Notes: generated by a model from the sequence alone, not told the origin. Counted from the stretch's first letter, positions 35,500 through 44,736 are shown. The stretch: 64,000 nt of DNA from an uncultured Candidatus Saccharibacteria bacterium (GCA_964532425.1 CAZHIA010000001.1:44889-108888); one strand, 5' to 3'. Made by a program: numbers and translations.

Positions 35500-36204
35500 A
35501 TGAGCAAATCATCAAACACATCAAGCTGGTCCTTGAAGCTATTGGGGTTCATGCTGCGCCCGTTTGTGAAGCCTATCCGGTACGGCGCTTTGAAGTTGAT
35601 GAAAACTATGCACCAGCCTAATGACCGAAGGCCATCTATGGCGGCGGCTGAACATGTTTTGGAGGAGTATGTTTTTCCTTCCGTCTACCAGACATTTCAG
35701 GATGTACAACTCCGACAGCTAGCCCATTTCGAAAAATTACCGACATCGGAGCATGACCGGATCTTCAATGAATTGCTGGTGGCGGGAATCATCTCAGTTG
35801 AAAATTATTTAGACGCCCAGAAAGAACATGTCAGAGACGGGGACTTTCATTTTTGGCGTAATGTCCTGGAAGAATTGCCCAGACAATATACCAAAAAAAT
35901 GATCAGTCTCGGAGTGGATAGTGGCAATGCCAAATTAATGCGTCAGCTGGTGGAGATGCGATATACGGAATATGAAGAGTTGGCTGATGAAGTTTGGCAA
36001 GCCAGTAACGGTGCGAGTAAAGAGTTTCGTGACCTGGAGCCCGAACAAAAACGCCTCGCTTCCATGATTCAGGGTATAGCCATTGGTACCGCGAGTCATA
36101 TCTTCCGTGGAAAATTACAAGATGGCGATCCATTGACTCAGTACCTTGCCGCCTGGAACTTGCAGCTTCAGAGGAAGGTGGGAAAGTTCACGAGAAATCT
36201 TTGA
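35500..36204 (+). CDS. hypothetical protein (234 aa)
   Basis: Clean ORF; no recognisable domain. Confidence 0.45.
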   Translation: MSKSSNTSSWSLKLLGFMLRPFVKPIRYGALKLMKTMHQPNDRRPSMAAAEHVLEEYVFPSVYQTFQDVQLRQLAHFEKLPTSEHDRIFNELLVAGIISVENYLDAQKEHVRDGDFHFWRNVLEELPRQYTKKMISLGVDSGNAKLMRQLVEMRYTEYEELADEVWQASNGASKEFRDLEPEQKRLASMIQGIAIGTASHIFRGKLQDGDPLTQYLAAWNLQLQRKVGKFTRNL

Positions 36205-36300
36205 AGTTAGATCATTTGAATTACGATTCCCCGGAGTGCTTATTCGCACGAATAAGCACTCCGGGAAGAATACAACAAAAATATTAAGCGGAATAAAAGT

Positions 36301-36561
36301 ATGAAAGAGCTTGAACGACAGCTGAAAGCCCTGGCCAACCGGCGGCGGCTGGGGATAGTCAAGTTCTTGGGCAAGGCCAAGTCGGCTTCGGTAGGAGAGA
36401 TTGCGAAAGAGATTAAACTCTCTTTTAAATCCACTTCCCGTCATTTGGCGGTGCTCCGGTCGGCGGATATTGTCAGCCGCGACCAGGCGAGCCTGCAGGC
36501 TATTTATAGCCTGCACAATGCGCCGCATCCGATCTCGCGCTACATAATCTCGCAGTGTTGA
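36301..36561 (+). CDS. ArsR/SmtB-family transcriptional regulator
   Basis: wHTH region ...SASVGEIAKEIKLSFKSTSRHLAVLRSADIV...; flanked on both sides by 13-2-13 G palindromes. Confidence 0.75.
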   Translation: MKELERQLKALANRRRLGIVKFLGKAKSASVGEIAKEIKLSFKSTSRHLAVLRSADIVSRDQASLQAIYSLHNAPHPISRYIISQC

Positions 36562-36622
36562 CCAGTGCTTATTCGCACGAATAAGCACTGGGGCGGAGAG
36601 TGGGGTGGGGTGGGAGGGGAAT

Positions 36623-36657
36623 AAAAAAGACCCGGGGTGATCGGGTCTCAGAGTTTT
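36623..36657. terminator. bidirectional terminator
   Basis: AAAAAA-GACCCG-gggtga-TCGGGTC followed by ..TTTT. Confidence 0.65.
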
Positions 36658-36673
36658 GCTGGCAGGGTGCGGG

Positions 36674-36964
36674 CTATCGGGCGCCGCGCCGTATGAGTTC
36701 CATTTCCATGGCTTTGCCATGGGCTTCCCGCGCGTACTGCAGGGGAGTCTTGCCGTCTTTGTCCGGCTTGTTCACATCTACGCCTCGCGTGTTCATCACT
36801 GCTGTGAACAGGGTGAACTGGTTTCTCCGGATCGCCTCGATGAGCGGTGTCACGCCGTCGCGGCTGAGAGCATTGATGTCGTTGTTGCTGTAGTGTGCGA
36901 GCTGCAAAAACGTCATGACGTTTCCGTCCCTGATGGACTCCACGAGCATGGAAGAATCTGCCAT
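36674..36964 (-). CDS. ankyrin-repeat protein (96 aa)
   Basis: Two ANK repeats (DGVTPLIEAIRRNQ..., DKDGKTPLQYA); AGGAGG RBS. Confidence 0.7.
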   Translation of the reverse strand: MADSSMLVESIRDGNVMTFLQLAHYSNNDINALSRDGVTPLIEAIRRNQFTLFTAVMNTRGVDVNKPDKDGKTPLQYAREAHGKAMEMELIRRGAR

Positions 36965-37112
36965 TGCTAATTATTGCCTCCTGTAGAATGTAAGATATTC
37001 TATGGTGGCATTTTTTTTAAAAAAAGTCAAGGAATAATGCCGTCGAGAGAAAAAAATGGTATGATATAAGCGCAAAAGATTTGAGCTGTAACCGCATGAT
37101 TAACATATTTGT

Positions 37113-37682
37113 ATGCAGATAACTTCCGCAAAATTCGTGAAAGGGGTAGTGGGTCCGGACGGGGTCTTAGACGACGGAACGCCGCAGATTGCGGTCATTG
37201 GCCGCTCTAATGTGGGCAAGTCCAGTTTGATCAATTCCCTGACGCGGCAAAAAAGTCTGGCCCGGACCAGCTCGTTTCCCGGGCACACCCAGGAGATCAA
37301 CGTCTTTTCCATCAACAAATTATTTTACCTTATTGATCTGCCCGGTTACGGGTTTGCCAAGGCCTCGAAAGAAACCCAGGAGCGGCTGCAGCGGATCATC
37401 TATTGGTATTTGTTCGAATCGGGCTGCGAGCAGAAAAAAGTCGTATTGATCGTGGATGCTGTCGTCGGTCCGACAGTCAATGACGAGCAGATGCTGAACA
37501 GCCTGGAAGAGCACGGCAAGGATGTGGTCGTGGTGGCCAATAAGGTAGACAAGCTCAAAAGTTCCGAGTACAAAAAGAAACTGAAGGTCATTCAGGATAT
37601 GGCCGGCGCAATCCCGGTGGTGCCATACTCGTCGGAAAAGAAGATCGGCATTCAGGAATTGACGAACTTATTATTTGATTAG
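37113..37682 (+). CDS. engB: ribosome-biogenesis GTPase EngB (YsxC/YihA)
   Basis: G1 GRSNVGKSS, G3 DLPGYG, G4 NKVDK. Confidence 0.85.
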   Translation: MQITSAKFVKGVVGPDGVLDDGTPQIAVIGRSNVGKSSLINSLTRQKSLARTSSFPGHTQEINVFSINKLFYLIDLPGYGFAKASKETQERLQRIIYWYLFESGCEQKKVVLIVDAVVGPTVNDEQMLNSLEEHGKDVVVVANKVDKLKSSEYKKKLKVIQDMAGAIPVVPYSSEKKIGIQELTNLLFD

Positions 37683-37693
37683 GGAGTAGTTTT

Positions 37694-37866
37694 AAAATCT
37701 CCTTGTGGCGTCATTCTGAGTCCTGAGCCTGCCAACTCCTCGAGTCTGAGCGATCTCGGAATCGAAGACCAACAGGCAGGTTCGAAGAAGGACGAAGAAT
37801 CCCATTATCGGTAATAGATGCTTCGGTCATCTGATTCCCTCAGCATGACGCCGGAGAACAGATATT
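37694..37866 (+). mobile_element. partial (core hairpin) copy of the MITE-like element, carrying a 53-bp internal insertion
   Basis: GGCGTCATTCTGAGTCCTGAG...CTCAGCATGACGCC, homologous to the cores at 9885-9978 and 44800-44905. Confidence 0.7.
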
Positions 37867-37897
37867 TTTGTTACGAAACTATCTCTAGGCTTATTGT

Positions 37898-38317
37898 ATG
37901 GTATTTGAGTGTACGGAGGACGAACAATATTTTAAAAAGCTGCTCGGCGCGCGCGATTTGGAGCCTTACGCCGCCTTGTTCGATTTCCGTCCGGTTGCCG
38001 TTAAGCGCGCGGAGTTTAATAGGTTGCATATACAGCTGTATCAAAAGCTCGTCGAACGAGACGGGAGGCGGTGTGCCTGGCACCTGGTTGATGATTGCGA
38101 ACAGGACAATCACCTGGCTATAGACCATCTGGTACCGCTGTCCAGCAACAAGCTGAACAAAGACCTGAGGCGCATGCAACCTTCGCGCGGCAAAAAAGTG
38201 CCGACCCAAAGTTTGGGATCGAATAATCCGGCTAACTTGGTCCTGGCCTGCGCCAAATGCAATAACCATAAGAAACACCGGCTGCTGGATATTCGCCAGT
38301 TCATCCGGGGCCTGTAA
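37898..38317 (+). CDS. HNH endonuclease-domain protein
   Basis: CAWHLVDDC...DHLVPLSSN...LACAKCNNHKKHR. Confidence 0.7.
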   Translation: MVFECTEDEQYFKKLLGARDLEPYAALFDFRPVAVKRAEFNRLHIQLYQKLVERDGRRCAWHLVDDCEQDNHLAIDHLVPLSSNKLNKDLRRMQPSRGKKVPTQSLGSNNPANLVLACAKCNNHKKHRLLDIRQFIRGL

Positions 38318-38349
38318 ATCGTCATATATACATCAGTAATCCCAGACGT

Positions 38350-38829
38350 ATGGAAAAATTGAAATATAAACTTACCACGCCGCAGCTGATGTGGGCCATC
38401 GTGCTGGCCGGTGGCGTGGTGCTCGCCTTGGCAGTACCTAAAGGGAAATTGTTTGATAGCGGCTGGTGGGGTATTGCGGTGCTGGCGCTCGGCGTGATCA
38501 ACTGGATCGCAGTAGCCCGGGCCGCCGGCCACATTCACCGCCAGGCTTTGCGCAGCGTGCAGGGAATTGACCACATTGTTACCGAAGGCATGTATGGGGT
38601 TGTCCGGCATCCGATGTATGCGGCCGGCATGATGGCAGCCTGGTCCATCTTTATTTGGCAGCCGTACTACCGGGTACTGGCCGTGGTCATGTGGGCCACA
38701 GTGGTATTGTTGTTCTGGTCGAACCTCGAGGATCGCATGCTGGAGGAGAAGTTTATGGAAGAATACCGGGAATATAAAAAGCGCGTGCCGATGATTGTGC
38801 CGAGGATAGGGGGAATAGTAAACAGATAG
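38350..38829 (+). CDS. isoprenylcysteine carboxyl methyltransferase (ICMT/PEMT) family membrane methyltransferase
   Basis: VVRHPMYAAGMMAAWSIF motif with TM helices. Confidence 0.65.
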   Translation: MEKLKYKLTTPQLMWAIVLAGGVVLALAVPKGKLFDSGWWGIAVLALGVINWIAVARAAGHIHRQALRSVQGIDHIVTEGMYGVVRHPMYAAGMMAAWSIFIWQPYYRVLAVVMWATVVLLFWSNLEDRMLEEKFMEEYREYKKRVPMIVPRIGGIVNR

Positions 38830-38939
38830 AAAAATAAAAAGATAGAAAAATAGAAAGATGGAAATTAGAAAGATTTAAAATGATGGATTCCGGATGGCAC
38901 TTCGCTCCGCTTCGTTGCCTCCGGAACGACACAGAGAAC

Positions 38940-39209
38940 ATGAACAAGTACGAGCGCCAGCCGGAATACATTGTCGATTTGCACGGCTACACCACGCGGG
39001 AAGCCAAAGAGGTTTTGGATGACCTCATTGCAGGCCGGGAATACCGTCACGTCCGCATCATCACGGGCAAGGGACTGTTCCGCGGTACGGGCCCGGTGCT
39101 GCGATCGTATGTTGAAAATTATCTCCGTAATCACGACATCCGCTACGAGTACGCAAAGCTCTATAACGGCGGTGAAGGAGCACTGGAAGTGTATTTCGGA
39201 GGCAATTAA
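38940..39209 (+). CDS. Smr (small MutS-related) domain protein
   Basis: VDLHGYTTREAKEVL...VRIITGKG...GPVLRSYVENYL. Start trimmed to ATG 38940. Confidence 0.65.
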   Translation: MNKYERQPEYIVDLHGYTTREAKEVLDDLIAGREYRHVRIITGKGLFRGTGPVLRSYVENYLRNHDIRYEYAKLYNGGEGALEVYFGGN

Positions 39210-39298
39210 TCATTTCGGATTACGTATTGGAAACAGTCATCAAAGCAGCAATCAGGAATTGCTGTTCTTTTTTGGTGTATAATACAGTTACGAGAGCT

Positions 39299-39853
39299 AT
39301 GAAATATTTTATTCTCATTATCGTGATCGTGGTTGGGTTGGGTACAGCCGTCTCTGCACATGCTGCCTGGGTGCCCATTCAGCCGCGCGGGCCTGAGCCA
39401 AAACCAGTGGCGCAAAAACTGCTGGAAGCCGTGCTGGGAGTGCAGACGGAGGTACAGCCCGGTTCGGCAGAAGCGCCTGCGCAAGCGGCGCCGGACAAAC
39501 GTATTGTCGTTAGCCTTAAGGACCAGGACCTTAAATATTTCGAAGACAACAAACTCATCGGCGAATTTAAGATCTCGAGCGGCATTAAAGGCCGGTCCAC
39601 TCCCGCAGGGGAATTTGAGGTGCTGGCGAAGAAGCCGTTCGTGGACTATATCGGCCCGGATTACAACTACCCGCACACCAAGTGGAACCTGCAGTTCAAG
39701 AAAGGCCAACCCCTCGGGTATTACATCCACGGCGTATATTGGCACAAGAATTTCGGCCATCCCATGAGCCACGGCTGCATTAACGTTTCGTATGCCGACA
39801 TGGAACCGCTCTATAATTGGGCGGACGTGGGGACTAAGATCAGCATAGAATGA
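39299..39853 (+). CDS. L,D-transpeptidase (YkuD domain), secreted
   Basis: Signal peptide MKYFILIIVIVVGLGTAVSAHA. Catalytic HG...SHGCINV. Extended -10 TGGTGTATAAT at 39274. Confidence 0.75.
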   Translation: MKYFILIIVIVVGLGTAVSAHAAWVPIQPRGPEPKPVAQKLLEAVLGVQTEVQPGSAEAPAQAAPDKRIVVSLKDQDLKYFEDNKLIGEFKISSGIKGRSTPAGEFEVLAKKPFVDYIGPDYNYPHTKWNLQFKKGQPLGYYIHGVYWHKNFGHPMSHGCINVSYADMEPLYNWADVGTKISIE

Positions 39854-39994
39854 TTTGTAGCGAGTTGCGCGTCTGAATAGTAACAAAGTACTCTGAAAAG
39901 AGGTAATTAAATAATTTCAAATTTCCAGTATCCAATCAAATAATATATAACAAATATTAGAATTTAGAAATTTTGATCAAAAAATTTCAGTTAT

Positions 39995-40195
39995 ATGAAC
40001 GGACAAAATAGGGATGATATTTACGAGGGATTGGAGGTGGACATAGTGCTCAAAGAAGACCAGGGTACGGGACAGCTGACGCGCGGCATCGTACAGGATA
40101 TTTTAACTAATTCGCAGTTCCATCCCCGCGGCATCAAGGTGCGTCTGACTACGGGCCAAGTGGGCCGGGTCCAAAGCATTGTCGGGAAGCCATAG
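39995..40195 (+). CDS. YwbE-like (DUF2196) small protein
   Basis: GLEVDIVLKEDQGTGQLTRGIVQDILTNSQFHPRGIKVRLTTGQVGRV. Confidence 0.55.
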   Translation: MNGQNRDDIYEGLEVDIVLKEDQGTGQLTRGIVQDILTNSQFHPRGIKVRLTTGQVGRVQSIVGKP

Positions 40196-40258
40196 TTGAC
40201 AGAACCCAATAGCAGTGTATGATAGGGGTACTATTATCCGCTTACATAAAGGCAATTT

Positions 40259-40402
40259 ATGCCTGACGTGCAGGAAAAAGAAAAGCTGGAAGACGAAACG
40301 GATGCACTGGCAGACGACCTGCCGGATGACATCTTAAACGATGGAACCGGCGAGCCTGCTGCCCAGGACGACAAGAGCGACCTGGACGATTTCGACGTGT
40401 AG
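40259..40402 (+). CDS. candidate 47-aa highly acidic small protein (not in the ORF track)
   Basis: MPDVQEKEKLEDETDALADDLPDDILNDGTGEPAAQDDKSDLDDFDV, followed by the terminator at 40426-40460. Confidence 0.3.
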   Translation: MPDVQEKEKLEDETDALADDLPDDILNDGTGEPAAQDDKSDLDDFDV

Positions 40403-40425
40403 TTTTTGAGCGGCGCGTATACATA

Positions 40426-40460
40426 AACCCCGCAAGGTCTTTTTCCTTGCGGGTTTTTTG
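40426..40460. terminator. bidirectional terminator
   Basis: ACCCCGCAAGG-tcttttt-CCTTGCGGGTT followed by TTTTTG. Confidence 0.7.
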
Positions 40461-40463
40461 CGG

Positions 40464-40982
40464 CTAGTTCGGGCCATATGGGCTCTGGAGTCGGCGGCGT
40501 TTGGCAGCCGGTTTTGTTGTTCGGGGCGGGAAAAAAGGCGCGCCTTGGGACGAGGCAATCCAGTGGCGCATAGCCTGGCGAAAACGGCAGTCGCGGAATG
40601 TTCCTGCGAGCAGTTCGGGCTGGGCGCCGGCTAGGACTATGGGTGCCAGGGCCATCTGCGCCAGAAAAGCTTCTTTCCTGCCGGAAAACCTGCCGTCGGT
40701 GTTTCCCTGGTAGCGTTTGGCTGCGTTCCGGATTGGCAATAGGTCGTCTTCAGCCAGGATATCGCAGAACAGGCGCAGGGGAGTGAACGCCAATACCTGG
40801 CGGATTTGAAATATGCTACTGCGCCAGTGGGCGCTGCCAGCACTTTGGGCGGCGGCTTCCGCTGCTTTCTCCCGGATAAAATCATAGAGAATTGCAAGCG
40901 CCTGTTTGGCGGAATGGGAATCTTCACAGGGGCGCGCGATAAAATGGCGGCTTATCTGCAATAAAAATTCAGAGCTGTCCAT
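40464..40982 (-). CDS. hypothetical protein (172 aa)
   Basis: ORF with GGAGGA upstream on the minus strand; no recognisable domain. Confidence 0.45.
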   Translation of the reverse strand: MDSSEFLLQISRHFIARPCEDSHSAKQALAILYDFIREKAAEAAAQSAGSAHWRSSIFQIRQVLAFTPLRLFCDILAEDDLLPIRNAAKRYQGNTDGRFSGRKEAFLAQMALAPIVLAGAQPELLAGTFRDCRFRQAMRHWIASSQGAPFFPPRTTKPAAKRRRLQSPYGPN

Positions 40983-41069
40983 TGGTCCTCCGTCAATGCA
41001 ATGCGTCCCTTTCCGTGTCGAAAGGAAACAATTGTAAAGACGTCAGGATATCTGTAATCATACATCGGT

Positions 41070-41567
41070 ATGCATACAGACACATATTACGAAATCCTAA
41101 AAGTGCGGGGAGATGCCACGGATGAAGAAGTTTTTTTGAATTTCCTGCGCCTGGAGTATGAATGCCGCCAGCGTCAAGATGAGGCGAGCTTTTTAAAGTT
41201 GTGCGAAGCTTTTTATGTGCTGCGAGATCCGATTCTGCGCCAGGGGTATGACCGCTGGCTGGACAAAACATTCATCCAGCCGAAGCTGCGGGCCCGGAGC
41301 GCCCTGTTCATATTTTGGACTACGTTTTTTTCCATAGAAGTTCTGGTGCTGTGCCTGTCCCTGCGCGCCACTGCCCGGTTCTGGAGCGGACTGGTCCTAT
41401 TTTTAGCCAGCCTGTTCGCGGTGCAATGGGTGGTGCGTGATCCCAGTTTTCATGTCAAAATACAAAACATGGATTTTTCGGCAGACGGCCCACTCCAGTA
41501 TCGCGGGGACAATAATGCGATACTGGTGAACTTCAAACGGTTTTGGTGGAGAAAAATTTTGCGGTAA
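41070..41567 (+). CDS. J-domain-like membrane protein lacking the HPD motif
   Basis: TYYEILKV...FYVLRDPILRQGYD resembles a J domain with HPD absent; two C-terminal TM helices. Confidence 0.45.
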   Translation: MHTDTYYEILKVRGDATDEEVFLNFLRLEYECRQRQDEASFLKLCEAFYVLRDPILRQGYDRWLDKTFIQPKLRARSALFIFWTTFFSIEVLVLCLSLRATARFWSGLVLFLASLFAVQWVVRDPSFHVKIQNMDFSADGPLQYRGDNNAILVNFKRFWWRKILR

Positions 41568-41582
41568 AGAATTTGCTGCCAT

Positions 41583-41618
41583 AAAAAAACAGCAGACATC
41601 ACAGTCTGCTGTTTTATG
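41583..41618. terminator. bidirectional terminator
   Basis: AAAAAAA-ACAGCAGAC-atcac-GTCTGCTGT followed by TTTAT. Confidence 0.7.
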
Positions 41619-41633
41619 ATGGCAGTCCCGCGC

Positions 41634-42014
41634 TCAACGGCGCCGGGTGCAGTTGATGAAGCATATCAGCATGTGGTGCATGCCCATGCGGCCGTACTGG
41701 CTGGCCTGGACCAGCGGTGACAAGCCGCTTTTGTCCGGCGCGAGCGGATCGATAGCATCTTTGAGCATAAGCCGGGTAAAGGCGAAGTGATCGCCTTGTA
41801 CAATCGCCTCAGTAAGGGGAGTGGTGCCAAAGCTGCCCGGCCGGTTGATATCGATATCATCGCGCTCGAGCATGGCAGCGAGCCCTATTTTGTCCTTGTT
41901 GCGGATGAGTACGGTCAGGTCTGCGGTTTGTCCGGCAACTGCAGTCATGAATCCTCCTGGATACCGCATTGTAAAATAGGCCGGTGTAAAAGTAAAGCCT
42001 GCCTCCATGGACAA
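41634..42014 (-). CDS. ankyrin-repeat protein (paralog of 36674..36964)
   Basis: ANK repeats (FGTTPLTEAIVQGDH..., DKSGLSPLVQASQYGR). Confidence 0.65.
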   Translation of the reverse strand: MSMEAGFTFTPAYFTMRYPGGFMTAVAGQTADLTVLIRNKDKIGLAAMLERDDIDINRPGSFGTTPLTEAIVQGDHFAFTRLMLKDAIDPLAPDKSGLSPLVQASQYGRMGMHHMLICFINCTRRR

Positions 42015-42091
42015 GCCGGATTCGTAAACGGCAATTGACTTTTCTTCGGGTTTGGCCTACGCTCAGGGAGCTATACGGAGGAAATTTCCCA

Positions 42092-42346
42092 ATGACCTGG
42101 GTTTTAAGCCGCCTGTCCCTGCTCTGTTCTATTGTTGCCGCCAGTGTCGCGCGCAGCCTTCGCTACGAGCGTCCAGTGACCGTCTGCCGCCTGTGCCAGC
42201 GCCCCATTTACAAATCGGACCCGTTTGAGCGGCGCTTTGCATACATCTCGGATGCGCAAGATTTTGGCTTGCATCCCGATACCTATGGCAGCTGCCTCGT
42301 GCATGCATGTTGCCAGGGCATTCCTGTCATTGTGCCCGGTGAGTAA
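42092..42346 (+). CDS. hypothetical Cys-rich small protein
   Basis: GGAGGA RBS 8 nt before ATG 42092; CRLC...CLVHACC. Confidence 0.4.
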   Translation: MTWVLSRLSLLCSIVAASVARSLRYERPVTVCRLCQRPIYKSDPFERRFAYISDAQDFGLHPDTYGSCLVHACCQGIPVIVPGE

Positions 42347-42448
42347 CGCGTTTCTGTCCCGCCCTTTTTCTTATTAGGGCGGGACAATTTTCTTTTATGC
42401 CCAATTTTGATATAGTGTAAGAAAGCATTCTTCCCGAAATAAACATTC

Positions 42449-43168
42449 ATGGCACCTGTATACGGATCTGACAGTTCATACCTGTCCCGCAAAGAGCGTG
42501 ATTATTACTTGTGGTGGCTGGCGCTGCTTTTGGTTCCCATTGCCGGCGTGGCCGTTGCGGCGCGGTTCGGCTCACCGCTGGCACTTTTGGTAACGGCGGT
42601 GGCCGGCTTGGGATTTGTCTTTTTCATTTGCGAACCGGCAGTAAAGTGGATGCGCAAAAAGACCGGACAGGTCTACACCGGGCGCTGGGGCGAAATCAAC
42701 ATTAAAGAAGTACTCAAAGCATTGCCGTCCGACTATGCAGTGTTCGAAGGTGTGGTAACGGAAGCGGACAGGGGAGATATTGACTACGTCGTGATCGGCC
42801 CGACTGGGGTTTTTACAGTAGAGGTTAAAGCCCACAAGGGGGAAGTGGGGTATGATGGTTTTGGTATTACGCTGGATGGCCGTCCATTTCCTGACAAGAA
42901 TATCCTGCGCCAAATGCATGGCGAAACCCATGGGTTGAAGATTTTTTTGCAGGAGCGCGTGCATGCGGATTTTTACGTCCGTCCCATCCTCGTGTTTTCG
43001 AATGACCGGGCCCGGGTGTCCATTGGCGGCACTCCAGTCCAGAACGTCCATGTCGTCCATAAGAGCGGGCTGCTTGACCTCATTCAAGCGTTTCCCTATT
43101 GCCGTTTCCCCGTACCCCAACCGGTGGTAGAAAAAGCTCTGCGCCGCACGGTGAGTAGGAATAGCTAA
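42449..43168 (+). CDS. NERD (nuclease-related domain) protein with N-terminal TM helices
   Basis: GEINIKEVL...DYAVFEGVV...IDYVVIGPTGVFTVEVKAHKG. Confidence 0.7.
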   Translation: MAPVYGSDSSYLSRKERDYYLWWLALLLVPIAGVAVAARFGSPLALLVTAVAGLGFVFFICEPAVKWMRKKTGQVYTGRWGEINIKEVLKALPSDYAVFEGVVTEADRGDIDYVVIGPTGVFTVEVKAHKGEVGYDGFGITLDGRPFPDKNILRQMHGETHGLKIFLQERVHADFYVRPILVFSNDRARVSIGGTPVQNVHVVHKSGLLDLIQAFPYCRFPVPQPVVEKALRRTVSRNS

Positions 43169-43213
43169 ACATTAAAAACTCTCAAAACCCCAATAAAAAT
43201 GGGGTTTTTTCTA

Positions 43214-43242
43214 TTGACAAAATATTGTAATTATGCTATAAT
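43214..43242 (+). promoter_or_regulatory. consensus sigma70 promoter
   Basis: TTGACA, 17-nt spacer, TATAAT exactly. Confidence 0.7.
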
Positions 43243-43273
43243 ATTAGGTTATTATTTATCTTATCTTTAGCAT

Positions 43274-43894
43274 ATGTTTATATACACCTTGCTCGTCATT
43301 CTTCTGTTTGTGGTCATCGGACTCACTGCCTGGCAGCGGTCTGATTTCCAGTTTCCGGCAGATTCCGTCCGCCGCCGCAAGAAGGTTTCCAAGATTCCCG
43401 AACAGGACGTGTTCCCGCCGCACCTGGCCGGTGCTCTGCATAAAGCGGTTGAGGCAGGCGAGTCGCTGTTATCCAGGACCGAAGCGGAAATATATTCCGT
43501 TGTCCAGCGGGTAGTCGGGGACCTCTATTATGTATTCCCTCGCATGCAGTTGTCGCACTTGTTGGAAACCAAGGCACAGAAGAAACGGCTGACCGGTTGG
43601 CAGCGCTGGAAAATGTCTGGGCACACTGTTGATCTTGTCGTGTGCGAAAAAAATACCTGCAAGGCAGTTGTCGCCATCCAGATCATTAATACCGATCATT
43701 ACCGCCAAAGTGAAATGGAACATGACGCATTTGTGGTCCAGTCGCTCGATAATGCCGGCATCCGCACCGTGCGGCTGGCCTCCCACTGGGCAGGAGACAT
43801 TAACCGCCTCCGCGCAGTCGTCGGCGAAGCGCTCTGCGATCATAAGCTCGACCAGCTGAAATACCGCATAGTATTCCCGGCACTTGTTCAGTAG
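43274..43894 (+). CDS. membrane-anchored DUF2726-like (restriction-endonuclease fold) protein
   Basis: N-terminal TM; YVFPRMQL...VDLVVCEK...AVVAIQI resembles a PD-(D/E)xK arrangement. Confidence 0.45.
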   Translation: MFIYTLLVILLFVVIGLTAWQRSDFQFPADSVRRRKKVSKIPEQDVFPPHLAGALHKAVEAGESLLSRTEAEIYSVVQRVVGDLYYVFPRMQLSHLLETKAQKKRLTGWQRWKMSGHTVDLVVCEKNTCKAVVAIQIINTDHYRQSEMEHDAFVVQSLDNAGIRTVRLASHWAGDINRLRAVVGEALCDHKLDQLKYRIVFPALVQ

Positions 43895-44102
43895 CTGTAT
43901 ATTTCTCCACCCCCTCTTTCCTAGAAAGAGAGGGTGGTTTTTATTTGTCCCAGGACAAGGTGTCTGGCACTGTTCTGAAGAGTTCCTGCCACCTTCGGAT
44001 TCCAACAGGCATTCAAGCGCCGGTTCGCGCCTTTTTTCTGTCTGTCAGGAGATCTGGTCATATAGTATAATTAAGAAAAGCTTTCCGCGTCCGTTGCTTC
44101 AT

Positions 44103-44657
44103 ATGAGCAAAATATTAATATTTTTTGTGCTTGTTGCAAGTTTGGGGGCGTTTTCCTGTTCCAGGGAGACACCCGCTGAATCGCACCGCCAAGGAGAGAA
44201 AGGCCGACCTATGCTCGTTATTACCAGCCCGGAATTCGAACAAGAAGGCACCATCCCAGCCAAGTTCACCTGTAAGGGTCAAAACGCCAGCCCGCCCCTG
44301 ACAATCTCAGGTTTTCCGAATGATACCCAGAGCGTGGCATTAATATTAGATGATCCCGATGCACCAAAAGGGACGTTCACCCACTGGGTCGTTTGGAATA
44401 TTATGCCGAGTGTGCAAATTAAATTTCCCGAAGGACAGATGGCCGAGGGGGGAATTAGCGGAGTGAATTCTACGGGCGGCTCCGGGTATGTTGGCCCTTG
44501 TCCGCCGTCCGGCACTCACCGTTATTATTTCCGCGCGTACGCGCTGGACCAAAAACTGAACCTGCCGGAAGATGCCGATCATACCATGCTCGAGCAGGCC
44601 ATGGCAGGGCATGTGTTAAGCACTGGCGAACTGATGGGGAAGTTTTCGGCAGAGTAA
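44103..44657 (+). CDS. PEBP/YbhB-YbcL family lipoprotein
   Basis: Signal peptide with lipobox-like ...GAFSCS. DDPDAP...HW...GPCPP...HRYYF motifs. Confidence 0.75.
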   Translation: MSKILIFFVLVASLGAFSCSRETPAESHRQGEKGRPMLVITSPEFEQEGTIPAKFTCKGQNASPPLTISGFPNDTQSVALILDDPDAPKGTFTHWVVWNIMPSVQIKFPEGQMAEGGISGVNSTGGSGYVGPCPPSGTHRYYFRAYALDQKLNLPEDADHTMLEQAMAGHVLSTGELMGKFSAE

Positions 44658-44736
44658 CAACATGGAGAGTGATCACTCGTAATTGTTTTCTTGCGAATAG
44701 CATCTGTCTAGGGCAGATTGTGGTTGCCTGTTACTA

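Noticed and set aside
36115-36720. 201-aa minus-strand ORF
   Set aside because: It spans the arsR gene, two G palindromes and a terminator. It has no RBS and is antisense to a well-supported gene.
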